This document shows positions 27,479 to 37,020 of a stretch of DNA of 64,000 nt, one piece after another. The translations under genes were made by a program, and so were the position numbers. The notes under the pieces are model-generated. The model was not told the DNA's origin. It ran no database searches and worked only from the letters and a program-made list of their open reading frames with translations. Source of the DNA: an uncultured Candidatus Saccharibacteria bacterium (GTDB lineage: Bacteria; Patescibacteriota; Doudnabacteria; UBA920); NCBI GenBank assembly GCA_964512925.1, contig CAZEKH010000004.1, positions 2,431-66,430 on the forward strand, in the 5' to 3' direction. Each line of letters begins with the position of its first letter. Position 1 is the first letter of the stretch.

Positions 27479-27913
27479 TTAGAATAATTTTCTTATCTCC
27501 CTCTCCGTATCCCTCTTTTTTATATATTCCCGTTTGTCGGTTTTTTTTCGGCCTTTGCCAAGACCGACCCGCAGTTTAAGCCAGCCTTTGGGACTTGCAA
27601 AAATATCCAGCGCTATTAACACCAAACCTTTTTCTTTACCCATCAGTTTGTTTATCTCATCTTTGTTGAGTAAAAGTTTTCGGGTTTGGGTCGGGTTATA
27701 CTTATCGTTGGACGCGTATTTATAAGGACCGATATGGCAGCCGACCAGTTCAGCCCCGCGGCTCGTGGCTGTAACATAGGCCCCGGCCAGGGAGACATTG
27801 CCTTCTTTGACGGATTTTACTTCCGCTCCGGTCAATGCTAAACCCGCGACAAAAGTTTCCTTGATGTCGTAATCAAAACGCGCTCGTTTGTTTTCCGCCA
27901 GGGATTTGGACAT
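27479..27913 (-). CDS. smpB: SsrA-binding protein
   Basis: AENKRARFDY...AGLALTGAEVKSVK...RKLLLNKDEI...GKGRKKTDKRE. Confidence 0.96.
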   Translation of the reverse strand: MSKSLAENKRARFDYDIKETFVAGLALTGAEVKSVKEGNVSLAGAYVTATSRGAELVGCHIGPYKYASNDKYNPTQTRKLLLNKDEINKLMGKEKGLVLIALDIFASPKGWLKLRVGLGKGRKKTDKREYIKKRDTEREIRKLF

Positions 27914-27934
27914 AAAATTAAATTCAAGTTAGAA

Positions 27935-28355
27935 CCCCTCTCTCCAAAAGTTGGAGAGAGGTTGGGAGAGAGGTTTAAGTTAGGCTTTTAGCTATGGTTT
28001 CAAGCACTGTATCTAAATTTTTGTCTATATCATTATTCCAAAATCGTAATACTTTGTAACCTTCAGATTTTAAAAAAGCATTTCTTTGAGAGTCATAGAG
28101 TTTTGTGATAGCTTTTGAATGGTGCCCGCCATCTAACTCAATAATTAGCTTTTTTTCTTGACAACAAAAATCAACAATAAATTTACCTAAGGGAATTTGT
28201 CTTTTAAATTTGAAATTCCAAACCCTTTTACCTCTTAAATACTTCCAGAGTTTAGTTTCCCATGGGGTTTGTTGTTTTCTTAGCTCTTTACTTCTTGGGG
28301 TAAGAAATGCTTTCACTTTAACCTCTCCCTAACCCTCTCCAAGAATTGGAGAGGG
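27935..28355. mobile_element. DUF559 gene bounded by inverted palindromic elements
   Basis: Left element 27935-27974 and right element 28321-28355 are near reverse complements and abut the gene. Confidence 0.55.
27975..28316 (-). CDS. DUF559 (Vsr-like) endonuclease
   Basis: LRKQQTPWETKLWKYLR...FKRQIPLGKFIVDFCC...IIELDGGHH...RNAFLKSEGYKVLRFWN. Confidence 0.93.
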   Translation of the reverse strand: MKAFLTPRSKELRKQQTPWETKLWKYLRGKRVWNFKFKRQIPLGKFIVDFCCQEKKLIIELDGGHHSKAITKLYDSQRNAFLKSEGYKVLRFWNNDIDKNLDTVLETIAKSLT

Positions 28356-28431
28356 AATCTATAATGTATATAGCTTACATTTTACCCTGTTTCACCTTTT
28401 TTGTCATTTTGTGTTATAATTTACTCACTTT

Positions 28432-30159
28432 ATGAACAGTGAAACACCGAAAAAACATATAAATTCTTTAGTCTCTCAGGCAATAAAAGAGGCTGGTTTT
28501 ACCTTGGAAAATATCCAAATAACCGAACCGGATCCCGAATTTGGGGACTACAGCACCAACGCGGCTTTAGTTTTGGCGAAAAAAGAGAAAAAAAACCCTC
28601 AGGAAGTCGCTGAAAAAATCATTGCTGAAATTTTGTCATTGGACAAAGAAAAAGTTTTGGAAAACGTTTTAGAGAAAGGCGGGTTTATAAACTTTAAGCT
28701 GTCAAAAAAGTTTTTACTTACAAATTTGCAAAGTATTTTAGAACAGGAAAATTTGTATGGTTCGTCGGCTGAGGGCGGAAAACAAAAGATTTTAGTGGAA
28801 TATTTTCAGCCCAATGTGGCCAAGCCTCTTCATTTAGGACATTTGCGGACAGCTATCATTGGCGACAGCTTGTTTAGAATATTTTTATCGCAAGGCTTTA
28901 AGGCTGAATCGGATACGCATTTGGGCGACTGGGGCACGCAGTTTGGGCTTTTGCTTTTGGCATACAAAAAGTATGGCGACATAGAAGTAATAAAAAAGGA
29001 CCCCATAACTGAGCTGAATAAACTTTATGTAAAAATAAATTTAGAGTTGGAACAAAGTCCGACTTTACGGGAAGAAGGCAAGGCCGAGTTTGTCAAGCTG
29101 GAAAAAGGGGATGAAGAAAACCGCAGACTTTGGAAACAGTTTAAAGACTGGTCTTGGAAAGAATATGAAATAATTTATTCCGATTTGGGCGTCCGAAAAA
29201 GCGATCATAACTGGCCGGAAAGTTTTTTTGAAGACAAAATGCCGGCAGTGGTAGAGGAGCTGAAAGCCAAAGGCTTGGCTAAAGAGTCCCAAGGCGCGCT
29301 GATTGTGGATTTGGAAGAATATAAATTAGGCGTGGCTGTGCTTGTGAAATCTGACGGCGGAACAACCTACCTCCTCAGGGACTTGGCAACTTTTATTTTC
29401 AGAAAGAGCCAGGGTTTTGTAAAGCAGTATTATGTGGTGGATGTCAGACAAAAACATACTTTAGAGCAGACTTTTAAAATTTTGGAGCTCGGCGGGTATT
29501 TGCTGTCGGGCGAGGCTGAACATATCTCTTATGGATTTTTAACCTTGCCGGAAGGAGCGATGAGCACCAGGAAAGGCACGGTTGTAGGAGCTAAAGAATT
29601 TATAGAAAATGTCCAATCCGAGGCGCTAAAAGTCATTGAAGAAAAAAACCCGGCTCTTTTGGAAAAGGAGCAGGCCGCAAAACAGGTTGCCGCGGCAGCT
29701 ATAAAATATTTTGACCTTTCACATAATATAAAGAGCGATATAGTTTTTGATCCGAAGAAAGCCCTGTCTTTTGAAGGCAATACCGGGCCTTACTTGCAAT
29801 ACACTCACGCGAGGATATATGGGATACTAAAAAAAATCAAAAATCAAAAATCAAAAATCAAAATTGATGACCAATACGAATTTTTAGAGTTCAAAGAACA
29901 AGAATTGGCGGTTTTAAGAAAGTTGGTGAAGTTTCCGGAGACCGTCTCGCAGGTAGCGGAAGATTGTTTGCCAAATTTATTGTGCAATTACTTGTTTGAA
30001 CTTTCCCAGGCTTTTAACGCTTTTTATCAGGATGTTCCAGTGCTTTCCGAGCCAGATGAAAATTTGAAAAATTTCCGCCTCGCTCTCATATCCTCGGTTG
30101 CCCAGGTGCTGAAAAATGGCCTGTATCTTCTAGGTATAGAAGCCCCTAAGGAAATGTAA
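28432..30159 (+). CDS. argS: arginine--tRNA ligase
   Basis: FGDYSTN, QPNVAKPLHLGHLR, GDWGTQFG, KSDG..TYLLRDLA, MSTRKG, GPYLQYTHAR, LLGIEAPKEM. Confidence 0.97.
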   Translation: MNSETPKKHINSLVSQAIKEAGFTLENIQITEPDPEFGDYSTNAALVLAKKEKKNPQEVAEKIIAEILSLDKEKVLENVLEKGGFINFKLSKKFLLTNLQSILEQENLYGSSAEGGKQKILVEYFQPNVAKPLHLGHLRTAIIGDSLFRIFLSQGFKAESDTHLGDWGTQFGLLLLAYKKYGDIEVIKKDPITELNKLYVKINLELEQSPTLREEGKAEFVKLEKGDEENRRLWKQFKDWSWKEYEIIYSDLGVRKSDHNWPESFFEDKMPAVVEELKAKGLAKESQGALIVDLEEYKLGVAVLVKSDGGTTYLLRDLATFIFRKSQGFVKQYYVVDVRQKHTLEQTFKILELGGYLLSGEAEHISYGFLTLPEGAMSTRKGTVVGAKEFIENVQSEALKVIEEKNPALLEKEQAAKQVAAAAIKYFDLSHNIKSDIVFDPKKALSFEGNTGPYLQYTHARIYGILKKIKNQKSKIKIDDQYEFLEFKEQELAVLRKLVKFPETVSQVAEDCLPNLLCNYLFELSQAFNAFYQDVPVLSEPDENLKNFRLALISSVAQVLKNGLYLLGIEAPKEM

Positions 30160-30196
30160 ATACGAAATTATACGAAACAGGATCGTACAAAATAGT

Positions 30197-30589
30197 ATGA
30201 ACAAAGATTTTGAAAAATGGAATATTAGAAAAATTTGGATCCACAAAGAAAAACCAAGAGTGTTTTTTAAAGAACGCGATGTTTGGTGGTGTTCTATGGG
30301 TTTAAATGTTGGTTTTGAACAAGATGGAAAAGGAGATAAATTTTCACGCCCGATTTTGGTGTTTAAAAAATTTAATCAAGAAATTTTTTGGGGTATTCCA
30401 TTGACTACGAAAATTAAAGAAAACAAATTTTATTTACCTATCAATTAAAATGATTTAAGCAAGCAGGCTGTTATTTTGTCTCAAATAAGACTTATGGACT
30501 CTAAAAGATTGTTAGCCAAACTATCTTATATAAGTAAAGAAGATTATGTAAAAATAAAAAAAGCAGTTATAAATCTTTGCGAATTATAA
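30197..30589 (+). pseudogene. MazF/PemK-family toxin-like gene with an in-frame TAA
   Basis: KERDVWWCSMGLNVGFEQDGKG..FSRPILV...GIPLTTK; after TAA at 30446-30448 the frame continues AVILSQIRLMDSKRL to TAA 30589. Confidence 0.85.
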
Positions 30590-30645
30590 CCGCCCTTTCA
30601 TTTTATGCCCCACAATTAAGTGGGGACGAGGCCGAAGCCGTTTAG
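30556..30645 (-). ncRNA. putative antisense small RNA, copy 1
   Basis: Minus-strand TTGACA-16-TATAAT (TG-extended), GGC-TTCG-GCC hairpin, second hairpin, terminator GCGGTTATAA..TTATAACTGC-T-run overlapping the toxin 3' end. Confidence 0.6.
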
Positions 30646-30731
30646 ATTTAAATTATATCATAAGTAGCGCATTTGTCAAATAGAATATAAAATCAAGGTT
30701 AATTAAAAACATAGGGTATATTTATTGAATT

Positions 30732-31142
30732 ATGGAAAATAGGGTTTGTGTCGTAGGGATTATAAAAAAAGGGGATAGTATATTGTTAGGCAGGAAAGCT
30801 CCTGGCAAAGGACCCTATCCTGATACTTGGCATATCCCGGGCGGGGGTATAAAATTAGGCGAGGAAACTTGCGAGCAAGCTATCTCTAGAGAGATTTTGG
30901 AAGAAACTGGAATTTCTGTGAAAAATTTGAAAAAAGTTGGTTGGAGCACGGATATTGAACCAAACAAACATGGAGTAGAAACTTATTATATTTTCTTGAT
31001 TTACGAAGCTGAATACGACAGCGGCGAGCTTCAGGCAAATGACGATTTGATACATATTGAATGGGTTAAAATTTCAGAGCTAAAAACTAAAAATTTAAAC
31101 AGACCAACAGAAAAGTATTTTAAAAGTTTGGGGTTTATATAA
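30732..31142 (+). CDS. NUDIX hydrolase
   Basis: PGGGIKLGEETCEQAISREILEETGI Nudix box. Confidence 0.9.
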   Translation: MENRVCVVGIIKKGDSILLGRKAPGKGPYPDTWHIPGGGIKLGEETCEQAISREILEETGISVKNLKKVGWSTDIEPNKHGVETYYIFLIYEAEYDSGELQANDDLIHIEWVKISELKTKNLNRPTEKYFKSLGFI

Positions 31143-31220
31143 ATGTTAAGATGATAGGATGTTATTTGTTAGAATGTTAAAATGTTAGGATATTATTTGT
31201 TAAAATGTTAATCTGATTTT

Positions 31221-34200
31221 ATGACAGAAGAAAAAACTACAACTGAAGACAAAACTGGGACTTTAAATTTTAACCAGATGGAGCTGGAGATTTTAAAGCA
31301 TTGGGATGAAGCCAAAGTTTTTGAAAAATCTTTGGAGAAAAATAAAGAAAACGAACCTTATGTGTTTTACGACGGACCGCCTTTTGCCACGGGCCTGCCG
31401 CACTACGGCAGTATTTTGCCTTCTGTCATAAAAGACGCCATCCCGCGCTATCAGACTATGAAAGGCCGGTATGTCAGAAGGCGCTGGGGCTGGGACTGCC
31501 ACGGTCTGCCCATAGAAAACCTGGTGGAAAAAAACTTGGGCATTTCTGGCAAAAAACAGATTGAAGAAATTGGCGTTGAGAGGTTTAACAAAGTTTGTCG
31601 GGACAATGTTTTAAAATATACCGTGGAGTGGGGTAAAACCATCAAGCGCATCGCCCGCTGGGTGGAGTTTGAAGGCGCTTACAAGACTATGGACACTTCC
31701 TATCAGGAATCTGTCTGGTGGGCTTTAAAGCAACTGTGGCAACACAAACTCATATATCAGGACAGGAAAGTTCTTTTGTATTGCTCCAGATGCGAAACCC
31801 CAATTTCCAATTTTGAGGTGGCGATGGATAACAGCTATAAAGATGTAACTGAGGAGTCCGTGTTTGCCAAGTTCAAATTGGTTCGTGGCCAGCGCATTGT
31901 CAACGATTTAACCACTGACAAAACTTACGCCCTGGCTTGGACAACCACGCCCTGGACTTTGCCCGGCAACACTTCTTTAAACATCGGTCCGAACATCCGG
32001 TACATAATGATAGAAATGGAAAACGGGGAAAGGTACTTGTTAGCCAAAGAACGGCTGTCAGTCATATCCGAACCCTATGAAGTCGTTTCAGAATACTCTG
32101 CCTCTGAACTTATGGGGCTTTCTTATGAGCCGTTGTATCCGGAATTTTCCGAATTTTTAAAAAATTCTTCCGAAGTTTCAGAAGAACAGAAAAAAAATGT
32201 CCATAAAGTATATCTGGCGGATTTTGTTACCACCACGGACGGCACCGGGATAGTGCACAACGCGGCAATGTATGGAGAAGAAGATTTTTTGCTCGCTAAA
32301 GAGAAAAATTTGCCCAGAGTGGAAATGCTTGACCATCAGGGTAAATATTTGTCTTGGGCGCCAGAGAGTTTGCGCGGAGCTTTTTTTAAAAAAGCGGATA
32401 AAATCGTTTTATCTGAACTTAAAGAAAAAAATTTGGTTTATAAAACCGAACACTATACCCACTCGTATCCGCACTGCTACCGCTGCGCCACCCCGCTGTT
32501 TTACAACGCTTTGCCGGCTTGGTTTATAGATATCAACTCCCTTCGTCCTAAGCTCCTTTTAAACAACCAGGGCAACGGCTCGGAAGAAAAGCCGGGTGTA
32601 AACTGGTATCCTTCGCATTTAAAGGAGGGCCGGTTTAAGCAGGGCATAGAAAACGCGCCGGATTGGAATATTTCCAGAAACCGCTATTGGGCCACAGCCC
32701 TGCCGTTTTGGGTATGCGGATGCGGAGAGAAGACTTGTATTGGGTCAGTTGAAGAGCTGAGGCAAAAATCTTTAAACTTTGCGGAAGTCTATCCAGAAGC
32801 GGAAGCCAAAATTAAGAACTTTATATCCTCCCAGCTTAATACAAAATACATTATACAAAATACTGATTTGGATTTGCATCGTCCGTACATTGACAGGGTA
32901 ATTTTAAAATGTGAAAAATGCGGCGGGCAAATGAAAAGGATCGAAGAAGTGGTGGACTGCTGGGTGGAGTCAGGCAGTATGCCTTTTGCGGAGCTTCACG
33001 CGCCGTTTGAAAATGTGGAGCTTTTTGACAACCGATTTCCCGCGGATTTTGTGGTGGAATATATCCCGCAGACCCGCGCCTGGTTTTATGTGATGCACGT
33101 GATGGCGACCGCGCTTTTTGACCACGCGCCGTTTAAAAACGTGATGACCACTGGAACCATACTCGGAGAAGACGGCACCAAAATGTCAAAGTCAAAAGGC
33201 AATTATCCGGATCCGCATATTGTGATAGAAAAGTACGGGGCTGACGCCTTGCGGTTTTATCTGTTGACTAGCCCGGTGGTGGTGGGCGAGGATGTGGCTT
33301 TTTCTGAAAAAAATGTGCAGGACATTAACAGAAAATTAAGCCTTCTTTTATATAATGTATGGACTTTTTATAGAACATATGAGACTGGGAAGGTTGGTCA
33401 GTCAGTAGATCAGTGGATCAGTAGATCAGTTAGTCAGTTAGTCAGTGGATCAGTTTTAGACAAGTGGATATTGGCGAGGCTAAACCAGACTCATATGGAA
33501 GTAACCAGGCAACTGGATGTTTTTAACACCCCGAAAGCCGGCAAAGCCATCATAGATTTTGTTTCCGACCTGTCTACTTGGTACTTGAGAAGAAGTCGCG
33601 ACCGGATCAAGGAAGCATCTGAGGATGGGAAAAACTGCCTGAATACTTTGGGCTATGTTTTGGTGGAAACCTGCAAAATGCTTGCTCCGTTTATGCCGTT
33701 TTTGTCCGAATTTTTGTTCCGGGATTTAACAGGCAAAGAATCTGTACATTTGGCAGACTGGAGCCCGGTACAAGCAGTGGATGAAAAAATTCTTTCGGAT
33801 ATGGAAGTAGCCAGGGAAATTGTTTCTTTGGGACACGCTTTGCGCAAAGACAATCAAAAATCCGTGCGCCAGCCTTTGGCGCGCTTGGCTTATCAATCAA
33901 CTTTGTCCAATTTAGTATTAAATAATGAATTTGAAAAACTGGTTTTAGAGGAGCTCAATGTAAAAAAAGTTGATGTTGATTTGTTGGCAGGTGAAAAAAT
34001 TGGCGAAAATATAAAATCCATCTCAGGGAATTTAAAAATTTCATTTGTTTATTTGGATTTGGAATTGACCGAAGAACTAAAAAAAGAAGGATTGGCGCGC
34101 GAACTGGAACGGATGGTGCAGGATATGAGGAAAAAATCCGGTTTGCAAGTCGGAGAGATGGCGGATTTGTATTACAATATTCCCGAAAAAGACTTGGAAA

Positions 34201-34340
34201 ACATATTGATAAATCTGTTAGATCGTAAAAAAACTTTCATCCGCGAGATCAAGCAGTCTTTGGAAGTGGAGACAGACTTTGAAACACAAGGCGAAGTAGA
34301 CAAAAAAGCCGTGTGGATGGGGATAGTGAAAATCGCTTAG
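31221..34340 (+). CDS. ileS: isoleucine--tRNA ligase (type 2)
   Basis: FYDGPPFATGLPHYG, GWDCHGLP, WTTTPWTLP, DWNISRNRYW, KMSKSKGN, EGLARELER. Confidence 0.97.
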   Translation: MTEEKTTTEDKTGTLNFNQMELEILKHWDEAKVFEKSLEKNKENEPYVFYDGPPFATGLPHYGSILPSVIKDAIPRYQTMKGRYVRRRWGWDCHGLPIENLVEKNLGISGKKQIEEIGVERFNKVCRDNVLKYTVEWGKTIKRIARWVEFEGAYKTMDTSYQESVWWALKQLWQHKLIYQDRKVLLYCSRCETPISNFEVAMDNSYKDVTEESVFAKFKLVRGQRIVNDLTTDKTYALAWTTTPWTLPGNTSLNIGPNIRYIMIEMENGERYLLAKERLSVISEPYEVVSEYSASELMGLSYEPLYPEFSEFLKNSSEVSEEQKKNVHKVYLADFVTTTDGTGIVHNAAMYGEEDFLLAKEKNLPRVEMLDHQGKYLSWAPESLRGAFFKKADKIVLSELKEKNLVYKTEHYTHSYPHCYRCATPLFYNALPAWFIDINSLRPKLLLNNQGNGSEEKPGVNWYPSHLKEGRFKQGIENAPDWNISRNRYWATALPFWVCGCGEKTCIGSVEELRQKSLNFAEVYPEAEAKIKNFISSQLNTKYIIQNTDLDLHRPYIDRVILKCEKCGGQMKRIEEVVDCWVESGSMPFAELHAPFENVELFDNRFPADFVVEYIPQTRAWFYVMHVMATALFDHAPFKNVMTTGTILGEDGTKMSKSKGNYPDPHIVIEKYGADALRFYLLTSPVVVGEDVAFSEKNVQDINRKLSLLLYNVWTFYRTYETGKVGQSVDQWISRSVSQLVSGSVLDKWILARLNQTHMEVTRQLDVFNTPKAGKAIIDFVSDLSTWYLRRSRDRIKEASEDGKNCLNTLGYVLVETCKMLAPFMPFLSEFLFRDLTGKESVHLADWSPVQAVDEKILSDMEVAREIVSLGHALRKDNQKSVRQPLARLAYQSTLSNLVLNNEFEKLVLEELNVKKVDVDLLAGEKIGENIKSISGNLKISFVYLDLELTEELKKEGLARELERMVQDMRKKSGLQVGEMADLYYNIPEKDLENILINLLDRKKTFIREIKQSLEVETDFETQGEVDKKAVWMGIVKIA

Positions 34341-34380
34341 TATTTAGTATAGTGTATTAAGTATTAAGCATTAGAGCCTA

Positions 34381-35100
34381 ATGAGGGAAAATAAATATCA
34401 AGCTATAGTTTTAAAGAAGCAGGCGTTTGGAGAAGCGGATGAGATAATTACTTTTTTTTCTAAAGAACAAGGCAAAGTCCGGGCGCTGGCCAAATCCATA
34501 AGGCTTTCCAAAAGCAAGCTGCAAAACAGCCTCCAGCAGTTTTTTCTTGTTAATCTAAGACTGGTTTCATCCGGGTCTTTGGCGAAGATAGTCGGATCGG
34601 ATATAGCGGAAACATTTTTGGGGCTCAGGGAAGCGCCAGAGAAGACTTACGTCGCCTTTTTTGTCGCGGAAATCATCTTAAAATTCTTTCCGGATGAAAA
34701 TCCCAGCCCAAAAATGTTTGAGTTGGTTGTGGATTTTTTTTGTTGCCTTTCCCGCGCGGATTTTCCAAAAACCCATATTTTCCCGGCTTGCGCCAAGTTT
34801 GAAATTGAAGCTTTGAAAGTTTTAGGTTTAAGTGTAAAAACCCCGCTCTTAAAAGAGGACGGAAAACCTTTATTTTTTAGCTGCAGTCAAGGCGGTTTTA
34901 CATATAATCAAGACATAGATTCAGAGCCTGTTTCGGTTGAGGTTTTGAAAAATTTTGAAAATTTGGAGGCTTTGCCACACCTCAACTCTGTTGCCAATTT
35001 GGAGAATTTAAAAGAATATGGCGTTTTAGAAAAACAGCTGAAGCGGTTTTTGGAATACCACTTGGAGATGAGCCTGAAATCCCATAGATTTGTGGTATAA
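34381..35100 (+). CDS. recO: DNA repair protein RecO
   Basis: AIVLKKQAFGEADEIITFFSKEQGKVRALAKSIR; C-terminal LEYHLEMSLKS. Confidence 0.92.
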   Translation: MRENKYQAIVLKKQAFGEADEIITFFSKEQGKVRALAKSIRLSKSKLQNSLQQFFLVNLRLVSSGSLAKIVGSDIAETFLGLREAPEKTYVAFFVAEIILKFFPDENPSPKMFELVVDFFCCLSRADFPKTHIFPACAKFEIEALKVLGLSVKTPLLKEDGKPLFFSCSQGGFTYNQDIDSEPVSVEVLKNFENLEALPHLNSVANLENLKEYGVLEKQLKRFLEYHLEMSLKSHRFVV

Positions 35101-35196
35101 TTTAATTAGCATTTAGTAGTTAGCGTTTAGTAATTAGTAATTACCGATTACCGTTTAGTTTTTAGCAGTTAGCGTTTAGTAAGTAACTTAAAAAAT

Positions 35197-37008
35197 ATGG
35201 AAAATCAGGATTTTAAGGCAAAGCCGGTTGAACAGCCTATTTTAGAGCCTGGGCTGAGACAAGAAATTCGTGATGAGGTTTCTGTTCCCGATGCTGATGA
35301 ATCATTTTACCAGGCCAATAAATATTATATTTGGGCAATAGTTTTTGGCGCACTAGTTATAGCTGTGCTGGCTTTTTTTGCTTTTAAAAAGCCCAGTTCC
35401 GAGCCTGTCAAACAGGCTAATTTAGCAATCTATATTGATTCGCCGGACACAGTTCCTTCCGGCGGCGAAGCCGTTTATACCATCAAGGTGGAAAACCAGG
35501 ATACCAAAACTTTAAGCAAATTAAGTTTGGAACTGGTTTATCCTGATGGTATGTCTTATGTGTTTTCCAACCCTAAAGCGGAAAATCTTTCAGGTAGCCT
35601 GTTTGATGTTCCGGATTTGTCGCCAAAACAAAATGTCACAATTTTTGTGAAAACCAAAGTGGTTGGAAATATCAATGAAGTGAAAACTTTAAAAGCCAGA
35701 CTGCATTACAGTTTCAGTAATTTTAATTCCGAGTTTGTGGCTGATAAAAGCGCGGATATAAGGCTAAGCGCTTCCGATGTGGCAGTTGAGATCACGGGTC
35801 CTAAAGAAACTACCGCCGGCCAGTTAGTGATATATGAAATCCGCTATAAAAATAACGCCAAAGAAGCTATTAAAAACGCGCGCGTAAAAGCCGAATATCC
35901 TGCTGACTTTTCATTTGGCCAGGCTGATCCGGCCCCCAGCCTTTCTAACAACATCTGGAGTTTGCCCGCTTTAGAAGCGGGCGGAGAGGGGATAGTAAAA
36001 CTTACCGGAACGTATAAATCCGCAGGGCCAGGCGAACAAAAAACTATAAATGTTAATTTTGAAGTTTTGGGTCCGGATGGAAACTATTTTACCCAGGCTA
36101 ACTCGACAGCTGTCAGTGGTATCTCGTCTTTGCCGTTAGTTGCGACTCAGGAAATCCAGTCTGCAGAGGCTTTTGGCATCGTATCTCCCGGAGATTCCGT
36201 GAATGTTATAGTAAAATATCAAAATAATTCCAACATTGCTGTCAGCGGGGTGAATATTTTGGTTACTTTAAATTCCAAATCAATAGATTTCTCCAGCTTG
36301 TCGGCCGAAGGTGGCCAGGTGACTGGCAACACAATTTTGTGGAATGCCGCGGGAGTTTCCAATTTGGAACGTTTAAATCCTTCTGAAAGCGGAATTTTGT
36401 CTTTAAATTTTAAAGTTAAAGATCCGGCGGTTTCCGATTCCACAAAGAATTTGCAGATTGACAGCTCAATCAAAATCAAATCCAACGAATATGAAGCTTT
36501 TTTTCCGGGTAACAGTTTAAGTCTGAAGATTTCAAGCCCGGCCCAGTTGAAAGCGTCTTTGGAATATTTAAGCGGCAGTTTGCCCCCAAAGCCGGGTCAG
36601 CAGACGGTATACAAAGTAAAATTTATTTTACAGAATTCCAGTAATGATTTTTCCGCCGGCACAGTTAGCGCTTTTTTGCCTTTGGGGCCTTCCGGGTTTG
36701 TCGCTGGCAGCGTGAAGGGCGCTGAAGCGGCCAATACCCAGTTTGACCAGTCAACAGGAAAACTTTCGTGGAATGTCGGGTTTTTACCGGCATACACAGG
36801 CAAATACTCTCCGTCAAAAATTTTGGAATTTCAGATAAAACTCAGTCCTTCTGCATCCCAGGTCGGGCAAACCCCGGACCTGGTAAAAAATATTGTTTTT
36901 TCCGGCAAAGATAACTTTACTGCTCAGGATATCATTTTAAAAACCGATGACTTAAACACTTCAAATTTGCCAGGCGACCAGGGTTATGAGAATGGGAGAG
37001 TAGAGTAG
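35197..37008 (+). CDS. membrane-anchored protein with repeated Ig-like (DUF11-like) domains
   Basis: TM helix then repeats of the type G..V.Y.I.Y.N...W....L. Confidence 0.7.
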   Translation: MENQDFKAKPVEQPILEPGLRQEIRDEVSVPDADESFYQANKYYIWAIVFGALVIAVLAFFAFKKPSSEPVKQANLAIYIDSPDTVPSGGEAVYTIKVENQDTKTLSKLSLELVYPDGMSYVFSNPKAENLSGSLFDVPDLSPKQNVTIFVKTKVVGNINEVKTLKARLHYSFSNFNSEFVADKSADIRLSASDVAVEITGPKETTAGQLVIYEIRYKNNAKEAIKNARVKAEYPADFSFGQADPAPSLSNNIWSLPALEAGGEGIVKLTGTYKSAGPGEQKTINVNFEVLGPDGNYFTQANSTAVSGISSLPLVATQEIQSAEAFGIVSPGDSVNVIVKYQNNSNIAVSGVNILVTLNSKSIDFSSLSAEGGQVTGNTILWNAAGVSNLERLNPSESGILSLNFKVKDPAVSDSTKNLQIDSSIKIKSNEYEAFFPGNSLSLKISSPAQLKASLEYLSGSLPPKPGQQTVYKVKFILQNSSNDFSAGTVSAFLPLGPSGFVAGSVKGAEAANTQFDQSTGKLSWNVGFLPAYTGKYSPSKILEFQIKLSPSASQVGQTPDLVKNIVFSGKDNFTAQDIILKTDDLNTSNLPGDQGYENGRVE

Positions 37009-37020
37009 CGCATTTTATTT

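Noticed and set aside
30446-30448. Stop-codon reassignment
   Set aside because: TAA, TAG and TGA all end conserved genes normally in this window; a single nonsense mutation is simpler.
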